Positions 9,192 to 19,783 of a stretch of DNA of 64,000 bases are shown piece after piece (the stretch's first letter is position 1; the number at the start of each line of letters is the position of its first letter). Origin of the DNA: Bacillota bacterium (GTDB taxonomy: Bacteria > Bacillota > Bacilli > Bacillales > Amphibacillaceae); NCBI GenBank assembly GCA_035301985.1, contig DATGTE010000010.1:10241-74240 (forward strand), written 5' to 3'. The notes beneath the pieces were generated by a model. It had not been told where the DNA came from and did no database searches. It was given only the letters and a program-made list of their open reading frames with translations. The translations under genes were made by a program, and so were the position numbers.

Positions 9192-10643
9192 TCACTCTCT
9201 TTCTTTTGCTTCATCCCAATATTTATCCATTTCTTCAAGTGATGTATGATGGATATCTTTGCCAAGTTCTTGTAATCGTTTTTCAATGTAGGAAAAACGC
9301 CTTGTAAACTTTTGATTTGCTCGATTAAGAGCGATTTCCGGATCAATTTTATAATACCTCGTCAAGTTCGCTAAAACAAATAGAACATCACCAAATTCTT
9401 CCTCGACATCGGTCCATTGCTTATGTTGAATAGCCTCTTTTACTTCACTGAGTTCTTCAGAAAGTTTCTTCCAAATATCACCCACATCATCCCAATCAAA
9501 ACCAACTTTAGCTGCTTTTTTTTGTAAGTGAAAAGCCTTTGCTAAGGATGGAAGGGACTTCGCAACCCCATCTAAAACAGACTGGCGCTCTTTTTTACCT
9601 TTTTCCATCTGCTTTAAGGCTTCCCAATTTTGATGTACATCTTCAACCGTATGAACGGACGTCTGTCCAAATACATGTGGGTGTCGATGAATCATTTTTT
9701 TCGTAATCGCTGCAATGACATCATCAATGGTAAAATAGCCATTGTCTTCGCCAATTTGACTATGAAGCATCACTTGAAGTAAGACGTCTCCTAATTCTTC
9801 AACGATTCCATCATCATCTTCTCTGTCAATCGCCTCGATTAATTCATACACTTCTTCAATCGCATACGGTCTCAATGTCTCATGAGTTTGTTTACGATCC
9901 CACGGACAGCCCTTTGGTCCACGTAATGTTGCGATCACTTCCTTCAACTGATTGAAAGTATGATATAATAACTCGTCCGGTGCCGGTGGAACATAGATGC
10001 TCGTTAAATTACTTATTTCCATGGTCCGATCTACTTCTTCCAAAGGGATCGTCCAAATTTTTTCCTCGCGACTCCCCGCCGCTTCAATAATCGTCACTTC
10101 ATAATCCGCGGGTAAATCTTCCAACAACTCGAGTTTCACATTGGAAGCAATCATCGGATCGTACACTTGACAAAAAACAATATGCTTTCGATAATCTAAC
10201 GCACGTCTGTCAAAGCTCATACCATCTACGAATTGAAAACCATCAATTGGATCGATTCTTAGCGCTGTAAACAACGCATCTAAATAACTTTGACCACCGC
10301 TAATCGTTACATCCACTTCATTTTGCTCTAATAACAGCTGAACCGTCTTCTCCGCAAGCATGGGGTGACCTGGTACACAATAGATAATCGATTGTTTTTT
10401 TGCTTGATTTACTAAATCGTTAACAATTTTTTGATAGACGGTTGAAAATTGCTCTTCTTCTTCATAAACCTCATCGAATGATGCCATACGAACGCCCTCT
10501 TCCTGAAGCGATTGCACGACAGGATGGGACTTTGTTCGGGTATAAATTGGAACTTTTGCATCGCATAATTTTTTATATATGCCTAGGGGAAGTTGATCGA
10601 TTTCACCAGCCCCAAGACCAACAATTTCAATGGTTTCCTTCAT
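9192..10643 (-). CDS. yabN: YabN: tetrapyrrole-methylase-like domain fused to MazG NTP pyrophosphohydrolase
   Basis: 483 aa with two MazG EExxE motifs (EEVYELIEAI, ELGDVLLQV, EEFGDVLF). 4-nt overlap with yabM. Confidence 0.92.
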   Translation of the reverse strand: MKETIEIVGLGAGEIDQLPLGIYKKLCDAKVPIYTRTKSHPVVQSLQEEGVRMASFDEVYEEEEQFSTVYQKIVNDLVNQAKKQSIIYCVPGHPMLAEKTVQLLLEQNEVDVTISGGQSYLDALFTALRIDPIDGFQFVDGMSFDRRALDYRKHIVFCQVYDPMIASNVKLELLEDLPADYEVTIIEAAGSREEKIWTIPLEEVDRTMEISNLTSIYVPPAPDELLYHTFNQLKEVIATLRGPKGCPWDRKQTHETLRPYAIEEVYELIEAIDREDDDGIVEELGDVLLQVMLHSQIGEDNGYFTIDDVIAAITKKMIHRHPHVFGQTSVHTVEDVHQNWEALKQMEKGKKERQSVLDGVAKSLPSLAKAFHLQKKAAKVGFDWDDVGDIWKKLSEELSEVKEAIQHKQWTDVEEEFGDVLFVLANLTRYYKIDPEIALNRANQKFTRRFSYIEKRLQELGKDIHHTSLEEMDKYWDEAKERE

Positions 10644-12229
10644 TTCTTATTTCCTCCTCGAGCCATTCGAAGCCATACATGTGACAACGGAAGCATTTTC
10701 AGCTCACGCTCTGTAAACGCCTGAAAACGGATTAATAAAAAAACGTATATACTAGCACCGGTCAATGTAATGAAACAAACACGGAGCAGTAAACGACTAC
10801 GTGAAACAGACAGTGCATCAGGTAACATCATCTGCACGGCTGCAATGAACAAAATCATCCCACTTGTTGCGATTAAAAAAGCACGCCAATGGATGTTTTT
10901 AAGCACAACTAATTGGGGTAACTTCCGTTTCAACTCCATACATGCGACAACACATAACAATAACAAACTAAACACCGTTGCTAAAGCACTTCCCGTAATT
11001 CCCAACCATGGAGTAAATAAATCATTTAACAGCCATTTCACAATCAATGCACCTAAAATAAACAGTGCCGTCCGCTGCAAAAATCCTAACGATTGTAAAA
11101 TCGATATCACCGTAATGCCCAGTGAGCTAAGCAAAATCGCCAGTGCTAAAATTCGCAAACTCGTCGTCCCCGCATCATCTTTAAACAACAATATGTTAGT
11201 TTCCGGAAAAATCATCACAAGTCCGACCATCGCTCCAAAAGCTACATAAAAACTTAAAATCATCCCACTTTCAATTTGTTGGTACATGATACGGGGCTGT
11301 GTAAGCCATTTATTTTTTGAAAGGTTCGGAATGAGAGCTAGGGCAAAAGAAGAGCCAAGTACAGCTCCAAGCTGAATCAGTGGTTGCCCTCGATCAAAAA
11401 CTCCTTTCGCTTGCATCGCTTCTCCTCGCGTAAGTCCATATTGCAATAAACCCGGTAGTAACGTAAACACGTCTGCAAGCTGCACGACGAGTAAAATCAT
11501 ATGGTTAAGTGACGCTACAATCCCAAACATAATAATTGTTTTCACAGAAACGGTCCATGGTACCAAATAGCTGTCGCGTTGGACAGGACGTTTTTTCATA
11601 AAAAAAACCGCTAAAATACCAATCGAAACGAAGAATCCAGCCATTGTCGCTATACTAGCTGCTGGTCCAATCTGGTATATATCACCGTTTCCAAGGCCAA
11701 TCCATATGGACATCATAATGATCAGTGAAACCCGAACAATTTGTTCACCGAGCTGCGAATAAGCGGTCGGTTGCATGTAATGATTCCCTTGAAAGACCCC
11801 CCGCAACAATGCTATAAAAGGAATGAATAAAAAAATAAATGATGCTACCCGGTAGCTTGAAGCCAAACTGGGATCTCCAATCCATTCAGCAATATGGTGG
11901 GCATTTAGAAATAAAATTAGAAAAAAGATGCCATTCATACTTAATAAAATTAAAAAAACGGGCATATAAAAACCTAAAAAGGAAATCCCTTTTCCTTCAC
12001 TTTTTACATCACTCACCATTTTCGAAACCGCCGACGGAAAACCATATAAGGCTAAAACAGTAGCCATACCGAGAATTGGATAAACTTGTTGGTACATATA
12101 AAACCCGACATCACCTGTTAAGTTTTGCAAAGGTATACGATAACCCGCACTTAAAATTTTACTTAATACTCCTGCAAACGTCAGGATTAATGCACCTTTA
12201 AAAAGTTTATTTGTCTCCTTACCAGCCAT
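10640..12229 (-). CDS. yabM: MOP-superfamily (MurJ/SpoVB-like) polysaccharide flippase YabM
   Basis: 529 aa with about 14 TM helices. Position is syntenic, between spoVT and yabN. Confidence 0.88.
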   Translation of the reverse strand: MAGKETNKLFKGALILTFAGVLSKILSAGYRIPLQNLTGDVGFYMYQQVYPILGMATVLALYGFPSAVSKMVSDVKSEGKGISFLGFYMPVFLILLSMNGIFFLILFLNAHHIAEWIGDPSLASSYRVASFIFLFIPFIALLRGVFQGNHYMQPTAYSQLGEQIVRVSLIIMMSIWIGLGNGDIYQIGPAASIATMAGFFVSIGILAVFFMKKRPVQRDSYLVPWTVSVKTIIMFGIVASLNHMILLVVQLADVFTLLPGLLQYGLTRGEAMQAKGVFDRGQPLIQLGAVLGSSFALALIPNLSKNKWLTQPRIMYQQIESGMILSFYVAFGAMVGLVMIFPETNILLFKDDAGTTSLRILALAILLSSLGITVISILQSLGFLQRTALFILGALIVKWLLNDLFTPWLGITGSALATVFSLLLLCVVACMELKRKLPQLVVLKNIHWRAFLIATSGMILFIAAVQMMLPDALSVSRSRLLLRVCFITLTGASIYVFLLIRFQAFTERELKMLPLSHVWLRMARGGNKK

Positions 12230-12384
12230 GATAGACGCCTTTCTAACTTCGGAAATTTATGTTCATTATAGCACAGATCATGGTCTTGGCAGTTAATAAA
12301 CACGGAACGGAATACGCAACCATTAAAAAAGCAAAGAATCAGAACAGTTGTCTGCATTCTTTGCCGTTGTTTGTCAGATTGAGA

Positions 12385-12921
12385 TTACTCCATTTGCTTA
12401 CCTAGAAAACTTGCAGCCGTTTCGATGGTTTTCTCTTCGACTTCTCCAAGCTTCGTATCATCCTTGGAAAAAATCATCACACAGCCGATGGGATCACCAT
12501 TAGCGATCACTGGACTAATACAATACGAATATATTTCTTCTTCTTTACCTTGGACAATTTCTAACATGCTCGGTGTATCTTCTGTTACAAGTGTTCGGTT
12601 TTCAATCGCCTTTTCCAACTCTGGACCAATATTTTTATTTAAATAATCCTTTTTAGATTCCCCTGCGATCGCTATTGTTTCATCACGATCACAAATTAAA
12701 ACAGGGCTTTGCAGAGAATCAAATAAAGCTTCGGCATATTCGGTTGCAAATTTACCTAATTCATTAATCGGTGAATACTTTTTTAAAATGACTTCGCCTG
12801 CACGATCAATAAAAATTTCTAATGGATCTCCTTCACGGATGCGTAGCGTTCTTCTAATTTCTTTTGGGATGACGACCCTTCCTAAATCATCTATGCGTCG
12901 TACAATTCCTGTTGCCTTCAT
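12385..12921 (-). CDS. spoVT: Stage V sporulation protein T (AbrB-type N-domain plus GAF-like domain)
   Basis: 178 aa starting MKATGIVRRIDDLGRVVIPKEIRRTLRIREGDPLEIF, the SpoVT/AbrB swapped-hairpin motif. Confidence 0.95.
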   Translation of the reverse strand: MKATGIVRRIDDLGRVVIPKEIRRTLRIREGDPLEIFIDRAGEVILKKYSPINELGKFATEYAEALFDSLQSPVLICDRDETIAIAGESKKDYLNKNIGPELEKAIENRTLVTEDTPSMLEIVQGKEEEIYSYCISPVIANGDPIGCVMIFSKDDTKLGEVEEKTIETAASFLGKQME

Positions 12922-13250
12922 TTAAATGAAGCCTCACTTTCTTACGATGATTTTTACATGTGATTACTCTGTTCCAGCATGATGTCCTTGATCTAAAAGG
13001 AGAAAAGTGTTTGCTTCTACACATCATTAAGTATGAATCTTCACGAAAGGATTCGGATGACTTAATTGTAATGAGACGGGATGTGAGAGGACGAACGTCA
13101 AAAAATACTCATTTTTTAATGCTCCATCAACTGATTATTTCCTCACCGTCCACGTCCATGAAAATGATTACGGACAGCCTACACCTCTCTTGTATCAATC
13201 GTGGAGCATTCACTGTTCGATAACCTGTAGTAAACTCCAGTTGTGTCATT

Positions 13251-13280
13251 TAGTATGAATCATCGGTCAGGAACTATACA
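13251..13280 (-). promoter_or_regulatory. Sigma-G/sigma-F type promoter candidate far upstream of spoVT
   Basis: TGTATA (13280..13275), 17 nt, CATACTA (13257..13251). Matches forespore consensus GHATR-17/18-CATnnTA. About 330 nt upstream of the spoVT ATG. Confidence 0.45.
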
Positions 13281-13307
13281 TGAAATGGGAATTATATCGT
13301 TAATTTG

Positions 13308-16300
13308 TTAACGATTTACAGATGTTAGCTTGTTCATAAAATCTCCGACGATTGCATACCGATTATATTTATTTTTTCGCGCAGTTTGAAAAGTGATCTT
13401 CAACTTATTATGCTCCGTCCCTAATAAAACTTGTCTACCAAACTCACTGGCAACTTCAAATAGTTTAGCACCGTCGATTTGTTGACTACGATTTTCCGTA
13501 ATTAACAACTCAATCTTTTTATTCTTTTCCGTAATCGACTCAACTCCCTCTCGTTTCGCGAGCATTTTCAACCTCGTTACAGTAAATAGATGATCCACTT
13601 CTTGCGGATAATCGCCAAAACGGTCGATTAATTCATCTTGCAAGTCACGAATATCATCATGCGAAGAAATAGCTTGAAATTGTTTATACATATCAATTTT
13701 TTGCTTCTCATCTGGAATATAAGTTTCTGGAATGTAAGCATCGATATGTAAAGTTAATTCTGGTTCAACAATTTCGATTTCTTCAAGCTCTTTGCCCGAC
13801 TTACGTGCTTCAATCGCTTCTTTCAACATTTGGGAATACATATCAAATCCTACAGAATCAATAAAGCCATGTTGTTGTGCTCCAAGTAAATTACCTGCTC
13901 CGCGAATGGATAAATCCCGCATCGCAATTTTAAAGCCCGAACCTAATTCTGTAAACTCTTTAATCGCTTGCAATCTTTTTTCGGCAATTTCTGTCAATAC
14001 TTTATCCTTTTGATACGTAAAATATGCGTAAGCTACTCGATTCGAACGGCCGACACGCCCTCGAATTTGATAGAGTTGACTTAATCCCATGTGATCTGCA
14101 TCATAAACAATCAACGTATTCACATTTGGAATGTCGACACCAGTCTCAATGATTGTTGTGCTAACTAACACATCATATTCGCCTTCTAAAAACCCGAACA
14201 TGACATTTTCCAACTCGGTTTCATTCATCTGCCCATGGGCTACTGCTATTTTCGCATCTTCTACAAGCATCGAAATTTCCCGTGCTTTGCGTTCGATATT
14301 TTCTACTCGATTGTAGAGGAAAAATACTTGCCCTCCACGAGCCATCTCCCGTTCGATCACCTCTCGAATTAAAACGGGATTATATTCCAAAACATACGTC
14401 TGGATGGGAAAGCGGTTTTCCGGTGGGGTCTCGATTACAGATAAATCTCGAACCCCAAGCATGGACATATGCAATGTACGTGGAATTGGCGTAGCCGTCA
14501 ATGTCAGTACATCGACAGTGGTCTTTAATTGTTTGATCTTTTCTTTATGCTTAACACCGAAGCGCTGCTCTTCATCCACGATGAGCAATCCTAAATCGTG
14601 ATATTGTACATCTTTAGATAATAATCGATGCGTACCGATGACGATATCAACAATCCCTTTTTTCAAATCTGCAATTGTTTCCTTTTGTTGCTTTCTCGTT
14701 CGAAATCGGCTTAATAAACGAATATTTACCGCATGGTTTTGAAAGCGATCACGAATGGTTTCATAGTGCTGTTGAGCAAGAATCGTCGTAGGAACGAGTA
14801 AGGCTACTTGTTTTCCATCCGCTACCGCTTTAAAAGCTGCCCGGATGGCAACTTCTGTTTTACCATACCCGACATCCCCACAGAGCAAGCGGTCCATTGG
14901 ACGGTCTTTTTCCATGTCTCGTTTAACTTCGTCGATACACCTCAGTTGGTCTTCTGTCTCTTGGTATGGAAATGATGCGTCAAACTCTCGCTGCATTTCA
15001 GTATCTTTACTAAATGCATAACCTTTTTGCGCTTCTCTTTCTGCATACAATTTAATCAATTCATCAGCAATATCCTCTACTGATGACTGAACTCTTCGCT
15101 TAACTTTCGTCCATTCACTGCCACCGAGCTTATATAATCGGGGTTCTTTTCCTTCCGATCCAACAAACTTTTGTACGAGTTCAATTTGATCAATCGGGAC
15201 GAATAACTTGTCATCACCAGAGTACTTAATACGCAAATAGTCTTTATGCTTTCCATTTACCTCGAGCGTTTCGATTCCTAAATACTTACCAATACCGTGA
15301 TTCGCATGGACGACATAGTCACCAACCTTTAATTCTTGGTAACTTTTAATACGCTCAGCATTCGATATGTTAGGCTTACGACGTTTACGTCTCGTCTGTT
15401 TTTGAAACAGCTCCTGCTCTGTAATCAGAACAAGCTTATGCATCGGTAATTCAATGCCGCTACTAATATTTCCAATCGTAATCGTAGGTTTATATACGGG
15501 AAGTTGTAAATCATTCGAAAGTGCGCAATCGATCTCATAGTCCATGAATATGGAATGGATTTTTTCAGCACGTTTTTGATTCGGTGCTAAAATAATTACC
15601 GAATAATCACCTTTTTTCCAACGTTGTAATTCATTTTTTAGTAAGTGCATTTGACCATGAAATTCCTGCATCGCGCGTGATGAGAGATTGACGATGTTTT
15701 GCGGCTGTGTATTTGGGATATGACGTAGAAACACAGACATATATAGTCGTCTATGTTTAATTTTATCCAGTGTTGTCTGCCAATCAAAAGAAAACTGACT
15801 CCCTTTGACCATTCGATTGGCTTCCAAAAGAGTACTATACCATTCGGCTTCTTCGGTATCCAGGTTGAGCGCTGATTCCTGAAGCCGACTCATTTCATCT
15901 AATATAACAATTCCATGAGCAGGTAGATAATCTAATAAACTAGCAGGTTGATCATAAAGAAAACCAACATATTTATACATTTCTTGAAAACGCTCTGCAT
16001 TTTTAAGTTGATCGATGTCATTTTCCATTGTCTCAATAAGCGTTTCTTTCTCCGCACTTGTTTTCATTTTTGCTAATGTGTCGCCCAATGCTACCTCTAG
16101 TCTTTGTGATGCAGAAACCATATCTTCTTCCGTCAATAATAGTTCCGTAGCGGGACCGATTGTCTTTTCCTGTACTTTCTCCAAAGAACGCTGTGTTTCG
16201 CCATCAAAGTAGCGAATCGAATCGATTTCATCGTCAAATAATTCAATACGTATCGGATGTTTTGATGTAATTGGATAAATATCGATAATACCGCCACGAC

Positions 16301-16826
16301 GACTAAATTCACCAGGAGAAGTGACCATGGATACATGTTCATAACCCATTGCGACCAACATCCTCAGGCTCTCTTCTAAATCGATTACTTCGTCGGTTCT
16401 AAACGGGAGTTGATACGAATGCCAATCATGTGGAGGTGGTAACATCCGTTTAATAGCCGCAACAGGAGCGATTAATATTCCGGATTCCTTTCTCGACCAA
16501 TTGGTCAACGCATCAATCCGTTCATATCTTAATTCCGGACTAGCTACAGCTATTTCAGATGCTATTAATTCATTGACCGGGTATAAATAAACATGATCCT
16601 CACCCATAAAGGCAACCAAATCATCATAGAGTTGTTGAGCTTGGGCTAACTGATACGTAACGAGAAGTATTGGCTTTTTGATCGATTCACTAATTAAAGA
16701 CACAAGAAGACTCCTGGCAGAACCTGAGAGCCCGGCTACCAGTTGTTCCTTCATCCCTGTTGAGATTCCTGTCATAATTGTTTGTATATCTTCTTTCGAT
16801 TGTAAATATTGTTTTATACCCTTCAT
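13308..16826 (-). CDS. mfd: Transcription-repair coupling factor
   Basis: 1172 aa with UvrB-homology N-terminus, CarD-like domain, superfamily-2 helicase motifs (GDVGYGKTEVA, DEEQRFG) and TRG motif. Confidence 0.97.
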   Translation of the reverse strand: MKGIKQYLQSKEDIQTIMTGISTGMKEQLVAGLSGSARSLLVSLISESIKKPILLVTYQLAQAQQLYDDLVAFMGEDHVYLYPVNELIASEIAVASPELRYERIDALTNWSRKESGILIAPVAAIKRMLPPPHDWHSYQLPFRTDEVIDLEESLRMLVAMGYEHVSMVTSPGEFSRRGGIIDIYPITSKHPIRIELFDDEIDSIRYFDGETQRSLEKVQEKTIGPATELLLTEEDMVSASQRLEVALGDTLAKMKTSAEKETLIETMENDIDQLKNAERFQEMYKYVGFLYDQPASLLDYLPAHGIVILDEMSRLQESALNLDTEEAEWYSTLLEANRMVKGSQFSFDWQTTLDKIKHRRLYMSVFLRHIPNTQPQNIVNLSSRAMQEFHGQMHLLKNELQRWKKGDYSVIILAPNQKRAEKIHSIFMDYEIDCALSNDLQLPVYKPTITIGNISSGIELPMHKLVLITEQELFQKQTRRKRRKPNISNAERIKSYQELKVGDYVVHANHGIGKYLGIETLEVNGKHKDYLRIKYSGDDKLFVPIDQIELVQKFVGSEGKEPRLYKLGGSEWTKVKRRVQSSVEDIADELIKLYAEREAQKGYAFSKDTEMQREFDASFPYQETEDQLRCIDEVKRDMEKDRPMDRLLCGDVGYGKTEVAIRAAFKAVADGKQVALLVPTTILAQQHYETIRDRFQNHAVNIRLLSRFRTRKQQKETIADLKKGIVDIVIGTHRLLSKDVQYHDLGLLIVDEEQRFGVKHKEKIKQLKTTVDVLTLTATPIPRTLHMSMLGVRDLSVIETPPENRFPIQTYVLEYNPVLIREVIEREMARGGQVFFLYNRVENIERKAREISMLVEDAKIAVAHGQMNETELENVMFGFLEGEYDVLVSTTIIETGVDIPNVNTLIVYDADHMGLSQLYQIRGRVGRSNRVAYAYFTYQKDKVLTEIAEKRLQAIKEFTELGSGFKIAMRDLSIRGAGNLLGAQQHGFIDSVGFDMYSQMLKEAIEARKSGKELEEIEIVEPELTLHIDAYIPETYIPDEKQKIDMYKQFQAISSHDDIRDLQDELIDRFGDYPQEVDHLFTVTRLKMLAKREGVESITEKNKKIELLITENRSQQIDGAKLFEVASEFGRQVLLGTEHNKLKITFQTARKNKYNRYAIVGDFMNKLTSVNR

Positions 16827-16978
16827 AAATATCCCCCGTTATAGTGAAAGACGCCTGTTGAAAGAAAAACAAATCGATACATTATGATAAAAAAGACGAC
16901 CATACATTTTCCTCGTAGAACTGATTCATCAAGGCCAAAAATGCCTTGGCTACTGAAACCAAAGCTTGTTTATTTATT

Positions 16979-17209
16979 TTATTGTATGAAATGGTCTAGT
17001 TCATGGTACTGTGGATGTTGTCCTAATGATTCTTGACAGTTTTCGCAAATCGTTCGGATGACTATATCCCCATTTGCTTGGTAATGAATCATCTCTTTTT
17101 TTTCTTCAACAGACAGTTGATCCCAACCTAACATTGATGTATCGACTGTTCGTTCTTCTAATGTTCCAATAACATGCTCGCAATGCCTACATTTATACAC
17201 AATAGACAT
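16979..17209 (-). CDS. fin: Anti-sigma-F factor Fin (YabK)
   Basis: 76 aa from the ATG at 17209 (GAGGAGG SD). Two CxxC pairs (CRHCEH, CENCQE). Lies between pth and mfd as in B. subtilis. Confidence 0.85.
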   Translation of the reverse strand: MSIVYKCRHCEHVIGTLEERTVDTSMLGWDQLSVEEKKEMIHYQANGDIVIRTICENCQESLGQHPQYHELDHFIQ

Positions 17210-17364
17210 CAAAAAACCTCCTCGAATAAACGTACCTTCCATCAAAGAAACGGCCCTTTTAACTTGAAGCATTTTTTAGTTTATCCGAAAAGCGTTTTTT
17301 TATACGATTATTAAGGAAATTGTTACCGCATAACTACTTGTTAATGTCCAATCTTATGCAAGCA

Positions 17365-17925
17365 CTATTGATTAAATTCATTCATCACTTCAGAAAAAGG
17401 TTTTTCCATCCATCTCTCACAAGCATCTGCCGCTTTGGTAATACTCGTTGTCACAGATTCTTTTTGATCGTTCGGAAATGAACCGAGTACGTAATCGACA
17501 ACTGGAATGGAGGTAGTCGGTCTACCAATGCCAATCCGAAGTCGTTTAAATTCTCTTGTTGCTAAGTGGTCAATTGTTGAGCGAATCCCATTGTGGCCAC
17601 CGTGTCCACCTTTTTGGCGCAAGCGAATTTTTCCAGTCGGTAAATCAAGATCATCGTAAATGACGAGTACGTCTTTTACATCGATTTTATAATAATCCAC
17701 TAGGGGTTTGATACATTTCCCGGAAAGATTCATATATGTTTCTGGCTGTAACAAAACAACTTGTTCACCATGTAAATGCTCGAGAGCATATTTACCGGAA
17801 AATTTTTTCTTATTCAATGTCCATCCGTGACGACGTAGCAATTCATCAATCACCATAAAACCGATATTGTGGCGCGTTTTTTCATATTTTTTACCTGGAT
17901 TTCCCAATCCTACTATACATTTCAT
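17365..17925 (-). CDS. pth: Peptidyl-tRNA hydrolase
   Basis: 186 aa with [23 protein letters not shown] and GGHNGIRS motifs. Confidence 0.96.
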   Translation of the reverse strand: MKCIVGLGNPGKKYEKTRHNIGFMVIDELLRRHGWTLNKKKFSGKYALEHLHGEQVVLLQPETYMNLSGKCIKPLVDYYKIDVKDVLVIYDDLDLPTGKIRLRQKGGHGGHNGIRSTIDHLATREFKRLRIGIGRPTTSIPVVDYVLGSFPNDQKESVTTSITKAADACERWMEKPFSEVMNEFNQ

Positions 17926-18043
17926 CTGTCTCTTCCTTTTTAATCATGTACGTATGTTTATTTCATGAAAAATACAACAACCCCTCCTATAAGAATTTCC
18001 GGTATCGACTTCTTAAAGGAGGGTATATATTGCCGTATCAATT

Positions 18044-18694
18044 TTAAGCCTCATCTTCTTCGTCTTCGTCTTCCTCTTCTGCACCGACTAGTTCTGGTTC
18101 AGCCATTTCATCTGCTGGATCCTCTTCAGTTAAGTCATCCAATGTATCTGGTGCGAGTACGGTTGCAACTGTCGTGTCATCATCTTCAATAATCGTGTAT
18201 TCTTCTGATTTTTTCAAGTCAGAAATATTAATGGCATCACCGATTTCTAATTCAGAAACGTCGATTGTAATTTGTTCTGGAATTTGGTTCGGCTTCGCAC
18301 GAACAAGCAGTTCATACAATGGCTGTTGTAGTACTCCACCTTCTTTTGTTCCAACCGGTTCACCGACGAGACGGAGTTGAACTTCTACATCCAATTCTTC
18401 TTCCATATCGACGACATAAAAGTCAACATGGAGCAAATCATTTTTAATTGGGTCCATTTGATATTCGTGTAACATTACATCCACTGGACTGTCGGATTCG
18501 ATTTCCAATCGAATAATTGCGTTACGGCCAGCCTCACGTAATTTTTTCATTAGATCTAGACCATCGATTGCGATTGATTTCGATTCTTTTCCTTTCCCAT
18601 AAACGACTCCGGGAACTTTTCCTTCTTTGCGTATTTTTTTTGTAGCCGAGCCCGCGTGATTTTCCCGCAAAGCTGCTTTCAATTCAACTGCCAT
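18044..18694 (-). CDS. ctc: Ribosomal protein L25 / general stress protein Ctc
   Basis: Trimmed to the ATG at 18694 (GGAGGA SD). L25/Ctc fold motifs present, with a strongly acidic C-terminal tail. Confidence 0.9.
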   Translation of the reverse strand: MAVELKAALRENHAGSATKKIRKEGKVPGVVYGKGKESKSIAIDGLDLMKKLREAGRNAIIRLEIESDSPVDVMLHEYQMDPIKNDLLHVDFYVVDMEEELDVEVQLRLVGEPVGTKEGGVLQQPLYELLVRAKPNQIPEQITIDVSELEIGDAINISDLKKSEEYTIIEDDDTTVATVLAPDTLDDLTEEDPADEMAEPELVGAEEEDEDEEDEA

Positions 18695-18815
18695 TGTTAC
18701 ATCATCCTCCATTATTTTAAAAACCTGATCGAATCAAGTTTATGAACAAAATCTACATTCATATGTTAACAAAAATGTTCGTTATAGTAAATTCTTGACT
18801 TTACTTTTCCTGCAA

Positions 18816-19769
18816 TTAATCAAACAAAATACTGACTGACTTTAATTCATGTACACGAATAATCGCTTCGCCAATAAGCGGTGCTACGGATAACTGTGTA
18901 ATTTTATCAATTTGTTTCTCTTCTGGAATCGGAATAGTATTCGTAATGACAAGTTCACTAATTTTCGAGTTTTGAATTCTTTCAATTGCAGGTCCAGACA
19001 ACACTGGATGTGTACAACATGCATACACTTTTTTTGCTCCGTTTTCGATTAATGCACTTGCCGCGAGGGTAATCGTTCCAGCTGTATCAATGATATCATC
19101 CACAAGAATGGCTGTTTTTCCTTCAATATTACCGATAATGTTCATCACTTCAGCAACATTTGGTCGTGGCCTTCTTTTGTCGATGATACCGATTGGTGCT
19201 TTTAACCGATCTGCCATCTTACGTGCTCGTGTAACACCACCGTGGTCAGGGGACACAACAACGATATCTTCCAAATCCTTTTCCTTAAAGTAGTCAGACA
19301 AAATAGGTTCACCTTGTAAGTGATCGATTGGCACATCAAAGAACCCTTGAATTTGTGGGGCATGCAAATCTAATGTAATCACACGATCCGCCCCTGCTGT
19401 TTCCAGTAAGTTTGCGATGAGCTTCGCTGTAATTGGTTCCCTTGCGCTTGCCTTACGATCTTGTCTGGCATAGCCATAATACGGCATGACAATGTTAATC
19501 GATCGAGCCGATGCGCGCTTCAATGCATCGATCATGATGAGTAATTCCATGATGTGCTTATTCACAGGTGAGCATGCAGACTGTACAACATATACATCAT
19601 TACCCCTTACACTTTCCTCGATGGTGATTTGGATTTCTCCATCACTAAACTCTGACACTGTACATTTTCCTAAAGGTGTCCCGATATGATTAGCGATTTC
19701 TTCTGCTAATTTACGGTTGGAATTTAATGAAAATACTTTTAAAGTTCGGTCTTGATAGGTAGATGGCAT
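18816..19769 (-). CDS. prs: Ribose-phosphate pyrophosphokinase
   Basis: 317 aa with [13 protein letters not shown] and [13 protein letters not shown]-binding motifs. Confidence 0.97.
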   Translation of the reverse strand: MPSTYQDRTLKVFSLNSNRKLAEEIANHIGTPLGKCTVSEFSDGEIQITIEESVRGNDVYVVQSACSPVNKHIMELLIMIDALKRASARSINIVMPYYGYARQDRKASAREPITAKLIANLLETAGADRVITLDLHAPQIQGFFDVPIDHLQGEPILSDYFKEKDLEDIVVVSPDHGGVTRARKMADRLKAPIGIIDKRRPRPNVAEVMNIIGNIEGKTAILVDDIIDTAGTITLAASALIENGAKKVYACCTHPVLSGPAIERIQNSKISELVITNTIPIPEEKQIDKITQLSVAPLIGEAIIRVHELKSVSILFD

Positions 19770-19783
19770 AAAAAAACCCTCCG

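Noticed and set aside
10770-11249. Long antisense ORFs within yabM (10770-11249), recR (38613-39101) and gyrA (61520-61930)
   Set aside because: All lie opposite strongly supported conserved genes. They lack ribosome-binding sites and have low-complexity composition. They are typical shadow ORFs.
12960-13223. 87-aa plus-strand ORF in the mfd-spoVT spacer
   Set aside because: It has no SD or promoter and runs antisense to the likely spoVT leader. Its sequence has no recognisable motif.
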